Source of the DNA: an uncultured Methanosarcinales archaeon
GTDB lineage: Archaea; Nanobdellota; Nanobdellia; Woesearchaeales; CAYZNE01
Assembly: GCA_964405295.1 (NCBI GenBank)
Contig: CAYONI010000004.1
Coordinates: 20,698 to 84,697, forward strand
DNA: 64,000 bases
Direction: 5' to 3'
The notes beneath the pieces were generated by a model. It saw only the letters and a program-made list of their open reading frames with translations. It did not search any database and was not told the DNA's origin. Shown one piece after another: positions 53,925 through 62,954 of the stretch. The translations under genes were made by a program, and so were the position numbers. Every line of letters starts with the position of its first letter. The first letter of the stretch is position 1.

Positions 53925-54512
53925 ATGAAAATAGGAATTGATATAGATAATGTGCTTTCGGAATTAAGTTATTCTATGGATTTGTGGCATAATAGGGTTC
54001 ATGGAACAAATTTGGAGGAAAAAGATCATATCGCATTTAATCTTGAGAGTATCTGGGGCTGTAATAAAAAAGAGTCAATAAAAAGAATTTTTGATTTTTT
54101 TGATAGTCCTGAATTTAAAGCAACAAAAACTATATTGGGAGCTGTAGATGGAGTAAAATCATTAACTGAAGATCATGAACTTCATGTTATCACTTCAAGA
54201 GCAGATAAAGTATTTGATGAAACTATTACTTGGTTAAATAAACATTTTTCAGATTCATTTCACAAAGTTCATTTTACAGGGCAGATGGACGGCGCTAAAT
54301 CAGGTAACAGGTCTAAAGCAATGGTCTGTAAAGAATACTGTATTAATATTTTGATTGAGGATGCTTTACATTATGCAAATAATTGTGCTAATGGGGGTGT
54401 CAAGGTTTTATTATTTGATTGGCCTTGGAATCAATCTGAAAAGCTACACCCTAACATAGTTAGGGTTAAGACTTGGCAAGATATATTAGACTATGTAAAA
54501 TTAGCAAAATGA
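53925..54512 (+). CDS. HAD-superfamily 5'(3')-deoxyribonucleotidase-like protein
   Basis: The N-terminus is MKIGIDIDNVLSE (D-x-D). VITSR and IEDA are also present, with an NT5C-like layout. Confidence 0.6.
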   Translation: MKIGIDIDNVLSELSYSMDLWHNRVHGTNLEEKDHIAFNLESIWGCNKKESIKRIFDFFDSPEFKATKTILGAVDGVKSLTEDHELHVITSRADKVFDETITWLNKHFSDSFHKVHFTGQMDGAKSGNRSKAMVCKEYCINILIEDALHYANNCANGGVKVLLFDWPWNQSEKLHPNIVRVKTWQDILDYVKLAK

Positions 54513-54649
54513 GATTTTTATTAAATATTCTATTCAATAAAAAGAATCTACATGCAATAATCAGAGATTATTATGTATTCAGCAAAGTTGAATAGTCACA
54601 AAAAAGCCTATATTTTAATTTAAAAATGAAATAGGTTTTTTTGAGAATC

Positions 54650-54659
54650 TTTATAAATA
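54650..54659 (+). promoter_or_regulatory. TATA box (tttataaata) for the Sec61beta gene
   Basis: It lies 21 nt upstream of ATG 54680. Confidence 0.55.
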
Positions 54660-54679
54660 CTTATTCTCTCCATTCAATC

Positions 54680-54835
54680 ATGGCAGCCGATAAAATGAGA
54701 TTACCAAGTTCAGGTGCTGGTTTAACAAGTTTTTACGCAGAATATAAATCTAATCTTGTGCTTAAACCAGGACATGTAGTTGCATTAGTTATTTTAGTAA
54801 TAATTTTTGAAATATTACTTCACACAATAATTTAA
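54680..54835 (+). CDS. secG: Preprotein translocase subunit Sec61beta (archaeal SecG)
   Basis: MAADKMRLPSSGAGLTSFY is followed by a single C-terminal TM helix. The protein is 51 aa from ATG 54680. Confidence 0.8.
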   Translation: MAADKMRLPSSGAGLTSFYAEYKSNLVLKPGHVVALVILVIIFEILLHTII

Positions 54836-54845
54836 GAGATTTAAA

Positions 54846-55190
54846 ATGTTACCTGGTATGAACAGTAAGCAAATGCAGCAAGCTATGAAAAAGATGGGTA
54901 TGCAGCAAGAAGAAATTGATGCATCCAAAGTAATTATCAAAACTTCTGATGGAGATATTGTTATTGATAATCCAAATGTTGCAGCTGTTACAATGATGGG
55001 TCAAGATTCTTGGCAAATAACTGGTGATGCAAAACTTATACCTCTGGACACAACCCCAGATATTTCTGAAGAAGATATTGAAACAGTTGTGCAACAAACT
55101 TCCTGTACTGGAGAGCAGGCTAAGATTGCAATTAAAGCACATAAGGGAGATCTTGCTGAAGCAATTCTTGAGTTAAGCAGTAAGGAGTGA
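54846..55190 (+). CDS. nac: Nascent polypeptide-associated complex protein (NAC domain plus C-terminal UBA)
   Basis: NSKQMQQAMKKMGMQQEEI is followed by the NAC beta-barrel and then the UBA-like GEQAKIAIKAHKGDLAEAILEL. Confidence 0.85.
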   Translation: MLPGMNSKQMQQAMKKMGMQQEEIDASKVIIKTSDGDIVIDNPNVAAVTMMGQDSWQITGDAKLIPLDTTPDISEEDIETVVQQTSCTGEQAKIAIKAHKGDLAEAILELSSKE

Positions 55191-55235
55191 TCCTGTGACA
55201 AAAATCATCTATGGCGTTTCTAGTGAATGAATAGA

Positions 55236-55715
55236 TTAAATATGTCCTTCTTTAATTATTTGAATCACTGTGGTTGTCAAATAACCAATTATTGCAATCC
55301 AGAGAAAGAAATTATTATAAAATATTGTTAAACCATAAATAACAATAATAATTTGAATTAACATATAGGTTGCATGATACCATCCACCAAGATTAAGAGC
55401 TCCTTGTTTTGGTTTAGACCAGTCCAAGTAAGTAGCAATATTTTTCTGATAGTGAACAAACCACACGGTTAAAATAACAGAAATACTTACTGCAATTATA
55501 AAAATAAATAGTTTAAATTCGTGATTTAAAGAAATTATCAGTTCAACTAAGATCCCGTTGAATAGAGGTAGAAATATTGAATCTCCAATTCCATCATTAA
55601 CTTGGGTAGGGTATTTTTTAAGATTTAATTTAGAGTATAATGTATGGCTTAATAACCAAAACATGAATGGTGCAATTAAAAGTGTTGCAGTGAATACAAT
55701 AATTCCGATAATCAT
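55236..55715 (-). CDS. Hypothetical polytopic membrane protein
   Basis: 159 aa with about 4-5 TM helices. Confidence 0.5.
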   Translation of the reverse strand: MIIGIIVFTATLLIAPFMFWLLSHTLYSKLNLKKYPTQVNDGIGDSIFLPLFNGILVELIISLNHEFKLFIFIIAVSISVILTVWFVHYQKNIATYLDWSKPKQGALNLGGWYHATYMLIQIIIVIYGLTIFYNNFFLWIAIIGYLTTTVIQIIKEGHI

Positions 55716-55811
55716 ATTGTTAATTAGAAGTAATTATTTTATAAATATTGTGTGTAAAGTGATTTTTATGCTTTTTAATCTAAACCTTTAAAAATAAACC
55801 TTTCTTCTACC

Positions 55812-56088
55812 TACTTGGTGCTAGGCCGGGTGGTTCTTCCTCACCTGTTACTGCAAACGGGAGTTGGTAGGGTCGAAGCCTGGAAGGCGGCATTATTTGG
55901 ATTTAGGAGTCTTTTTGCGGACTGAGAAGCTTTGTCTCTTCATATCGAGGGTGTACTGAATCAGGTCAGATCTTGATCGAAGCAGCCTTAAGGTATGTTT
56001 CCGGTGTTGGGGAGGTTGCAGGGTGGAGGAAGTAAAAGGGTTGCTCTTATTTCTTTATAGTGTCCACTTCCAGGTGTGCACCAACCTT
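55812..56088 (+). ncRNA. Signal recognition particle RNA (7S/SRP RNA)
   Basis: It is a GC-rich island in AT-rich DNA. The 5' TTGGTGC (55815-55821) pairs with the 3' GCACCAA (56078-56084). CAGGTCAGATCTTGATCGAAGCAGCCTTAAGG matches the conserved helix-8 core (compare E. coli 4.5S CAGGUCAGGUCCGGAAGGAAGCAGCCAAGG). The ends are approximate. Confidence 0.8.
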
Positions 56089-56118
56089 TCTTTACTTAGC
56101 CTGATTAACTTTCATAAA

Positions 56119-56128
56119 TTTTATAAAG
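56119..56128 (+). promoter_or_regulatory. TATA box (ttttataaag) upstream of tfs
   Basis: It lies 41 nt upstream of ATG 56169. AGGGGT is at 56151-56156. Confidence 0.45.
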
Positions 56129-56168
56129 CATCCTTGAAATAATTGGATTTAGGGGTTGTAAAAGAAAA

Positions 56169-56486
56169 ATGATGTTTTGTCCTAAATGTGGATCACTGTT
56201 GAAAACAAAGTTAGAGAGAGGTAAAACTGTGATGTATTGTTCTTGCGGTTTTTCATCTAAGGATGTTGATAAAACAGAGATTCATGAAAAAATAAACACT
56301 AAAGATAAAGAAGTTGAGGTTGTGGATGAAGAAATAGAAGCTTATCCTAAAACTGATGCAAAATGCGATAAATGTGGTAATAATGAAGCATATTATTGGT
56401 TAGTGCAAACAAGGGCTGGTGATGAAGCTGAAACTAAGTTTCTAAAATGTACAAAGTGTAAGCATGTTTGGAGAGATTATAATTAA
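56169..56486 (+). CDS. tfs: Transcription factor S (TFS, RpoM-like)
   Basis: The N-terminal Zn ribbon reads CPKCGSLL...CSCG. The C-terminal Zn ribbon reads CDKCGNNEAYYWLVQTRAGDEAETKFLKCTKCKHVW and carries the acidic DE loop. Confidence 0.9.
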   Translation: MMFCPKCGSLLKTKLERGKTVMYCSCGFSSKDVDKTEIHEKINTKDKEVEVVDEEIEAYPKTDAKCDKCGNNEAYYWLVQTRAGDEAETKFLKCTKCKHVWRDYN

Positions 56487-56645
56487 CTTTCTTTGTAAGG
56501 TGGTTACTAAATACTATGAGTTTTAAGTCACGAATGAACATCTTATAAGTTCAAGATTTCAAGATTGTGATGTCTTAAAATTTTGTTATTTTATACAAAA
56601 ACTTTATATATTAGGTTGCGGAATATTGGCTATGAGGTGAATTCA

Positions 56646-57230
56646 ATGGATGGTGAGTATGAGATTCTGCCTAGAGACGAAATCGAAGAGTTAAGAAAAG
56701 AAGTTAAAAAGATTCAAAAAAACCCTTTTGGTGAGACTAAGAAAAGTGTAACCCTTCTTGATTCAATGGAGAAATTAACTAATTCTATTAATAAATTATT
56801 GATGCTATTTGAAAAAACTGAAAAAGAAATACTTGATGAGTATGAAAAAAATAAGCCTGCTGAAGCATTAAATGATATTCTTGATCAAAACGAAAAGATT
56901 GCAAAAGGAACATTGGCTGTTGCAGATTTAATAAAAAGACAACAGCGAGATATAGATGAACTAAAATCTGCATTAGTTAAACCTACTATTGTTAAGAAGC
57001 AAGATTCATCTATATTTAGCGGGCCAGTTCCAATTTTACAAGATGGTAATATTCCTGATATGAAGGACCCTTTTAATCAGCAACCTTTGGGTGGGACTCC
57101 TAATTTAGAAAAGGTGTCACAGCAACAATCAGAAATGCTAGGAATTCCTCCACCTTTAGGTATTCCCCCACCTTTAAAAAATCCTATTCTTAAAAAAGAA
57201 AAGAAAAGAGGATTGTTTCATAAAAGGTAA
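56646..57230 (+). CDS. Hypothetical coiled-coil protein with a Pro-rich C-terminus
   Basis: ATG 56646 has GAGGTGA 7 nt upstream and a TATA box near 56601-56614. The C-terminus has the direct repeat LGIPPPLGIPPPL and a basic end. Confidence 0.5.
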   Translation: MDGEYEILPRDEIEELRKEVKKIQKNPFGETKKSVTLLDSMEKLTNSINKLLMLFEKTEKEILDEYEKNKPAEALNDILDQNEKIAKGTLAVADLIKRQQRDIDELKSALVKPTIVKKQDSSIFSGPVPILQDGNIPDMKDPFNQQPLGGTPNLEKVSQQQSEMLGIPPPLGIPPPLKNPILKKEKKRGLFHKR

Positions 57231-57231
57231 G

Positions 57232-57507
57232 ATGATTAGTTTTACAAAAGAACTTTTTGTTGGGTTGTGTAGAAACGCTAATTCTTATGTTGAACAAACA
57301 CATCAGAAATTAGCTCCAAAGCAGACATTTAGTTATAGATTAGATAAGTTGAGCAGTATTTATATTGAGCTGTTGGGTTTTGAATCGATTCTTTCTAGGA
57401 TTGAACAAGATGACTATTTCAACAATTCTAAGGTTAACTTAATTAAGCAAAAAATTATTGATTTAAAATCTATTGTTAATGAATTAGAATGTTCAACTGA
57501 TGTATAA
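57232..57507 (+). CDS. Hypothetical protein
   Basis: 91 aa, starting 1 nt after the stop of the previous gene. Confidence 0.4.
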   Translation: MISFTKELFVGLCRNANSYVEQTHQKLAPKQTFSYRLDKLSSIYIELLGFESILSRIEQDDYFNNSKVNLIKQKIIDLKSIVNELECSTDV

Positions 57508-57635
57508 AATAAGAAAGAAAATGCTCAATAACAACTGTTATTGGCACTGGAATGCCGGAAACTAAAAACATTAAAGATTCTTAGTCATATTCAAACACTC
57601 AAAAAAGATTTTTCTTTTTTGGTAACCTAGGGTTT

Positions 57636-57806
57636 TTATAAGTCCTTGGCCATTACTGTTTTTCGGCTATTACCTTCTGCCCTTTTTACAGCTTTTCTAA
57701 TTAAAACTTTAACTTCTGCATCAAGTGCGTCAATAAAGTCACTTGCGACATTAGCGTCACCAACATTTTCTTTAATTTTAGCTTTTACAATTACTAAGTC
57801 TGACAT
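57636..57806 (-). CDS. Short histone-fold protein (alpha3-truncated type); absent from the ORF track
   Basis: My translation is MSDLVIVKAKIKENVGDANVASDFIDALDAEVKVLIRKAVKRAEGNSRKTVMAKDL*. It aligns by eye to the alpha1-L1-alpha2-L2 region of HMf-type histones, including R-x-T-x4-D (RKTVMAKD). GGGGGTGA lies about 5 nt upstream of the ATG, and a TATA-like element lies further upstream. Confidence 0.65.
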   Translation of the reverse strand: MSDLVIVKAKIKENVGDANVASDFIDALDAEVKVLIRKAVKRAEGNSRKTVMAKDL

Positions 57807-57956
57807 TTTTATGTCACCCCCATGTTATATTTTATATACTGATTTAATAGCAGGGCGTTTATAAAATTTTTGCTTAAAACTGCTTAGAACGTCTTGTACA
57901 GGTATTATAATTAATAAAGCAAAACCTTAATAAATAAACATCGCTAAGATAGTGGT

Positions 57957-58652
57957 ATGGATGTTTTTGAAGCTATTCAATCAAGAAGAACTGTGAGAAG
58001 TTTTAATAAGTCTCCTGTTGAGTTTGATAAAGTAAGTATGATCATTGAGGCAGGAACTTCTGCGCCCAGTTCTGGTAACTTACAAAATTGGAAATTCATT
58101 GTTGTAACAAATAAAGAAATAATAAAAGATCTTCATAATTATTGTGTAGATCAGGTTTGGATGAGTGAAGCACCTGTTCTAATCGTTGTTTGTGGGCTTC
58201 ATGAAGAAGCTTCAGAGAGATTTGGTGATAGAGGTAAGAACCTTTATACTACACAAAGTACTGCTGCATGCATACAGAATATGTTACTTGCTGCTAATGC
58301 TTTAGAGTTGGGTGCTGCATGGATTGGTGCTTTTGAAGAAGATAAGATAAAGGATATTTTTGATATTCCTGATAATGTTTCTCCACAAGCAATTATTGCT
58401 TTAGGGTACTCTGATTATGAACCTCTAGAGAAAGTAATGCAGCCCCTTGAAGACAAGGTTTATTTTAATAAATACGGTTCTAGTTTTAAGCATCTTAATA
58501 GAATGTTAAAAGATTATGCTGAAGATTTAAAAAATATTGGTGCAGAAGTTTCTAAGCAGGCTACAACTGCAGGAGATTATGCTACAAAGTTTCTTAAAGA
58601 AAAGTTTGAGAAGTTTAGAGAGAACGTAAAATATCTTCTTGATCTTAAATAA
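57957..58652 (+). CDS. Nitroreductase-family flavoprotein with a C-terminal extension
   Basis: AIQSRRTVRSFNKSPV is the typical nitroreductase N-terminal motif. GAAWIG is also present. The last ~50 aa are an extra helical tail. Confidence 0.8.
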   Translation: MDVFEAIQSRRTVRSFNKSPVEFDKVSMIIEAGTSAPSSGNLQNWKFIVVTNKEIIKDLHNYCVDQVWMSEAPVLIVVCGLHEEASERFGDRGKNLYTTQSTAACIQNMLLAANALELGAAWIGAFEEDKIKDIFDIPDNVSPQAIIALGYSDYEPLEKVMQPLEDKVYFNKYGSSFKHLNRMLKDYAEDLKNIGAEVSKQATTAGDYATKFLKEKFEKFRENVKYLLDLK

Positions 58653-58653
58653 A

Positions 58654-60039
58654 ATGGCAGGTATCTTTAAAGCATATGATGTTAGGGGAAAGTATCCTGA
58701 TAAAATAAATAATAAACTTGCTAAAAATATAGGTTATGATATTGCAGAGGTATTTAGTTCTAAAAAAATTCTATTATGTAGAGATGCCAGAATTGGATCA
58801 GAAGATTTAATGAATGGTTTAATGCAGGGTTTTAAGTTCTTCGATAAAGAAATAATAATAATTGATGCAGGTGTAACTACAACACCTATGTTTTATTTTG
58901 TTTTACAAAAAGGTGATTTTGATTTTGGAATAATGATCACTGCATCTCATGACCCGAAAGATTATTGTGGTATGAAACTTTGGAGAAAGGAAAAGGGAAT
59001 TCTTCATCCTGTAAGTTATGGAACTGGTGAAGAAATTGTAGAGAGATTATCAAATGGAAATAATATTGCTGTTGATAATCAAAAAGTTTCTATTGACAAA
59101 AAAAATTATGAGAAAGATTATTTTGATTATCTTGTTAATCTTTCAAAAATAAATGACTTTATCGTTGAGCAGTCAACTATTAAGGTTGTAGTTGATTATA
59201 GTAATGGGACTGCAGGAATTAATTCAGAACTGTTAAAAAAAACTGCAAATATTATTGAGTTAAATAAAACTCAAGATGGAGATTTCCCTTGTCATGAACC
59301 AAATCCTTTATTAAAAGATTCTCAGAAACAAATATCTGAAAAAATAAAACAAGAGAATGCAGATTTTGGAATAATCTTTGATGGGGATGGTGATAGAATT
59401 GTTTTCTTAAATGAGAAAGGAGAGCAAGTTCAAACAGAGAAGATAGTTTCTTTAGATGTTGCAGAAATGATTAAAGAAGGTAAAGATGTTAAATCTGTTG
59501 TAGAAACACTTAATATGTCTGAAGATCTTGCCAAGGATTTGGCTACACGAAATGTTAACTTGTTTAAAACTCGAGTAGGATATGTTTTTGTTAGAGAAAA
59601 GGCAATGCAAGAAAACTCTGCGATAACTGCAGAAAAATCAACTCATTTTGCATATAGAGAAACTGGTTTCACAGATTCTGCAATTCTAACATACCTTTAT
59701 ATTATTAAAAAATATTATCTATTTAAGAAAGATAACCCCAACCTTAGTTTTAACGATATGACAAAACAAGCAAATATAGTTCATGTAAATGTTGAAAATG
59801 TTATTGAGATTGAGTCTGATAAAATTGATTCTGTGTTAAAGAAGGTTTTTGATTATTACAGTAACAAGGCAAACAGGTATGAAGAGTTAGATGGATATTC
59901 TTTTTATTTTGAAGATTACTGGTTTAATATAAGAAAGAGTAATACTATGCCTGAAATAAAGGTAACTATTGAAGCAAAAAATAAAGATAAAGAAAAAGAA
60001 ATCTTTAAGCAACTTCTTGAAATATTAAATAAAAACTAA
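58654..60039 (+). CDS. Phosphomannomutase/phosphoglucomutase (alpha-D-phosphohexomutase)
   Basis: Motifs seen are FKAYDVRG, the ITASHDPKDYCGMK phosphoserine loop and the FDGDGDR Mg loop. The start is trimmed to ATG 58654. Confidence 0.85.
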   Translation: MAGIFKAYDVRGKYPDKINNKLAKNIGYDIAEVFSSKKILLCRDARIGSEDLMNGLMQGFKFFDKEIIIIDAGVTTTPMFYFVLQKGDFDFGIMITASHDPKDYCGMKLWRKEKGILHPVSYGTGEEIVERLSNGNNIAVDNQKVSIDKKNYEKDYFDYLVNLSKINDFIVEQSTIKVVVDYSNGTAGINSELLKKTANIIELNKTQDGDFPCHEPNPLLKDSQKQISEKIKQENADFGIIFDGDGDRIVFLNEKGEQVQTEKIVSLDVAEMIKEGKDVKSVVETLNMSEDLAKDLATRNVNLFKTRVGYVFVREKAMQENSAITAEKSTHFAYRETGFTDSAILTYLYIIKKYYLFKKDNPNLSFNDMTKQANIVHVNVENVIEIESDKIDSVLKKVFDYYSNKANRYEELDGYSFYFEDYWFNIRKSNTMPEIKVTIEAKNKDKEKEIFKQLLEILNKN

Positions 60040-60632
60040 CTTGTAATCTCAAGAGAGTTAATTACATTATTAACTTCTTCTAAGTATAGGTCGTACGTGT
60101 GTTCTTTGGCAGTATATGTTAAAAGATATGCTTTTTCATTATCAAGGATGACCAGTTGTCTCCACTTTAGTCGTTCTTCACCTTGGCTAGCACTATAAAT
60201 TATTTCATGACCAGCTATGCCATTAATTGTGACTTTTTCAGATTTATTAATCTCAACATCATTAAGAAATTGATCCATATCTGCTAGGTTAGTATTAACA
60301 TATTCATCTAGAGTTATTGGTTCATTAGATACATCTTGAATAATTAAATTAATATTTTCTTGGAATGTATCATCAGCTCCTTCAAGAGGTGATAAAAAGA
60401 TTAGTGCTATTCCCATAATATCTTCTTGCTTTTCCCAAGAGTTTGGATAAGAGAGTTTTAAGTTGAGTGCAGGAGCTTCTATTAATGTATAACTTGGATC
60501 TTCGGCAACAGCCCCCTTATTTACATAGACATTAATTGTCTCGCTATTATTAGTGGTGCATGAACTTAAAACTATGATTGTTATGGTTAAGAACGCTATT
60601 ATTAATAGGTTAATTTTATTCATTATTATCAC
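60036..60632 (-). CDS. Secreted lipoprotein-like protein, PsbP/DcrB-like fold suspected
   Basis: The signal peptide ends in VLSSC. LSYPNSWEKQED and the alternating beta-pattern resemble the PsbP/DUF1795 families. Confidence 0.45.
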   Translation of the reverse strand: MIIMNKINLLIIAFLTITIIVLSSCTTNNSETINVYVNKGAVAEDPSYTLIEAPALNLKLSYPNSWEKQEDIMGIALIFLSPLEGADDTFQENINLIIQDVSNEPITLDEYVNTNLADMDQFLNDVEINKSEKVTINGIAGHEIIYSASQGEERLKWRQLVILDNEKAYLLTYTAKEHTYDLYLEEVNNVINSLEITS

Positions 60633-60633
60633 C

Positions 60634-61464
60634 TTATTCTAACATTATGAAATCGTCTTTATATTTCTTTGGTTTTTTACCACCAAATATCTGTTTTGTT
60701 CTTGATTTTGGGGGTTTTTCTTTAATTGATTTTTCTGTATCTTTAAGCCCAATTCTTCTACTTGTTATCAATGCACAAATACAAAAAAAGATGAAATAAA
60801 TAATAATAGGAATCCAAAAATTAAGTGTCAATGGAATAAATATTGCATTAGCAATCATTAAAGCTAAAGATGAGATAATTGCAATTTTAAACAATTTTTT
60901 TAAGTATAAGTTTCTCTTAAATGTTCTAATAACTGCTAAGCCTATAACACTAAATATTAATGCAAGAATTATCGATTCAATAACAAAAAAGATTACAGTA
61001 ATAATCAATATTCCAGGAAGCATAATCAACGCAATTATAATTAATAATCCTGAAAGCGGGTCGCTTCTTTGTTTAAGATCACTATAATCTTTAAGCTTTG
61101 ATTCAGACTTGAATGGCCATGTGTTAATTGCCATAGTCCTATTTGTAATTGTTATATCTCCTTCTCTTATTGATTCATTATTTAGGTTGACATAAATGCT
61201 AGGATTTGTATCTATATTAATAGGATTAGTATGATTTGCGTTTATATCTATTTCTATATTCGCAAATTGGCTTAATCCTTTGTTTATTTGATATCTTAGA
61301 TGTAATGTTTTTGGCACTAAGAGTATTGCAAAAAGAATAATTGATAACAATAAGAACACAAGAAATATCTTGATAATAAATTTGTATTTGTGTCTGACAA
61401 AATCTTTGTAAGAAAAGGGGTTAATTGCCTTTAAGTAGTCTAAAAACCTTGTTTTTTCTGCCAT
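60634..61464 (-). CDS. Hypothetical polytopic membrane protein
   Basis: 276 aa with one N-terminal TM helix, an extracytoplasmic segment and then about 4 TM helices. Confidence 0.5.
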   Translation of the reverse strand: MAEKTRFLDYLKAINPFSYKDFVRHKYKFIIKIFLVFLLLSIILFAILLVPKTLHLRYQINKGLSQFANIEIDINANHTNPINIDTNPSIYVNLNNESIREGDITITNRTMAINTWPFKSESKLKDYSDLKQRSDPLSGLLIIIALIMLPGILIITVIFFVIESIILALIFSVIGLAVIRTFKRNLYLKKLFKIAIISSLALMIANAIFIPLTLNFWIPIIIYFIFFCICALITSRRIGLKDTEKSIKEKPPKSRTKQIFGGKKPKKYKDDFIMLE

Positions 61465-61495
61465 AAAGTTAGTTTAGGTGGTAGTGTTTATTAAT

Positions 61496-62914
61496 TTAAC
61501 CTTTAATAACGCCAATAGGAATAACTCTCGCAACCTTATTACAAATGCCTGCATTCACTGTGACTTTTATAACTTCGTCAATGTCTTTGTAAACTTCAGG
61601 AGCTTCATCTGCTAAACCTTTTGGGTTGGGATTTTTAATTTCAATATTTAGTTTGTTAAGTCTATCTTTAACTTCAAAACCATCAATGCTTCTTTTTGCT
61701 GCACTCCTTGACATGACTCTTCCTGCTCCATGTGCTGTGCTGCCAAAACATTCTTGCATTCCTTTATCTGTTCCAACAAGAACATAGGATGCTGTTCCCA
61801 TGCTTCCAGGAATAATAACTGGGTGTCCTGTTTCTAAATAATGTTTTGGGTTATCAGGGTGGTTGGCAGGAAATGCTCTTGTTGCACCTTTTCTGTGAAC
61901 CATTAATTCTTTATTATCATGAATTTCTTTCTTAGCAATGTTGTGTGCAACATCATAGACCGTTGTTAACTTTGAGCCAGGAAATATTCTTTCAAATGAT
62001 TTCCTTATATTGTGTGCAATAATGTGCCTGTTAGTCCATGCATAGTTTGCAGCTGCACTCATTGCGGCAAAATAATCTTTTGCTATTTCTGAAGTTATTG
62101 GTGCATAGATTAAGTCTTTTTCAGGAAGTTTTGCAACTATCTCTGGAAATGCATCTTCCATTTTTCTAAGATAATCAGAACAAACTTGATGCCCTAATCC
62201 TCGGGACCCACAGTGAATCATAACCATTACTTGTCCTTTGTTTGTGATACCAAATCTTTCTGCGATTTTTTTATCATAAATTTCATCAACTACTTGTATT
62301 TCTAAGAAATGATTACCTGCTCCAAGAGTTCCTAATTGATTTTTTCCTCTCTTCTTTGCACGAGGAGAAACTTTTGTTGAATCAGCCCCAGGCATTTTGC
62401 CATAACTTTCACAATTATCTTTATCGTTTTTATTTCCAATACCTTGTTCTATTGCCCAGTCAACTCCATTCTCAAGAACTTTATCTACTTCTTCATGGGT
62501 TAATCTAATTTTTGATTCAGAACCAACGCCCACAGGGACTTTGTCATAAATTAAATCAATAATCTCTTTAATTTTATCTTGAACTTGTTCTTTAGAGAGA
62601 TTGGTTGCTAGAAGCCTTACTCCACAATTAATATCGAATCCAATTCCTCCAGGAGTAATAATCCCTGTTTCAGTATCAAATGCTGCGACTCCACCAATGG
62701 GAAAACCATATCCTTGATGAGCATCGCTCATTGCAATAGCTTTCTTTTGTATTCCAGGAAGGCTTGCAACATTCTTAATTTGTTTGAGTGCAGAATCTTT
62801 TTTCATTGCATCAAATAATTTGTCTGAAGCATAAATTATAGCTGGCACTAACATTTTTCCTGATTTGGGAATTTCATATTCATATTCATTTATTTTCTTA
62901 TATTCTTCTGTCAT
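61496..62914 (-). CDS. rtcB: RNA-splicing ligase RtcB
   Basis: Motifs seen are MSDAHQGYGFPIGGV, GFDINCGVR, GAGNHFLE, HCGSRGLGHQ and HGAGR. Confidence 0.95.
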   Translation of the reverse strand: MTEEYKKINEYEYEIPKSGKMLVPAIIYASDKLFDAMKKDSALKQIKNVASLPGIQKKAIAMSDAHQGYGFPIGGVAAFDTETGIITPGGIGFDINCGVRLLATNLSKEQVQDKIKEIIDLIYDKVPVGVGSESKIRLTHEEVDKVLENGVDWAIEQGIGNKNDKDNCESYGKMPGADSTKVSPRAKKRGKNQLGTLGAGNHFLEIQVVDEIYDKKIAERFGITNKGQVMVMIHCGSRGLGHQVCSDYLRKMEDAFPEIVAKLPEKDLIYAPITSEIAKDYFAAMSAAANYAWTNRHIIAHNIRKSFERIFPGSKLTTVYDVAHNIAKKEIHDNKELMVHRKGATRAFPANHPDNPKHYLETGHPVIIPGSMGTASYVLVGTDKGMQECFGSTAHGAGRVMSRSAAKRSIDGFEVKDRLNKLNIEIKNPNPKGLADEAPEVYKDIDEVIKVTVNAGICNKVARVIPIGVIKG

Positions 62915-62954
62915 GTGGTGTAAGAAAGAGATTTGTTTTTATAAAATTAGTCGT

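Noticed and set aside
57526-57556. 7-bp hairpin (caataac-aact-gttattg) followed by a ggca...tgcc mini-hairpin just after the 57232-57507 stop, considered as a terminator
   Set aside because: Archaeal termination relies mainly on oligo-T tracts. The stems are AT-rich and weak, and there is no supporting evidence.
57646-57864. 72-aa plus-strand ORF from the track
   Set aside because: Its composition (S/L/T/F/A-rich) and the lack of a promoter or SD argue against it. The opposite strand encodes a histone-fold-like 56-aa protein with a strong GGGGGTGA ribosome-binding site.
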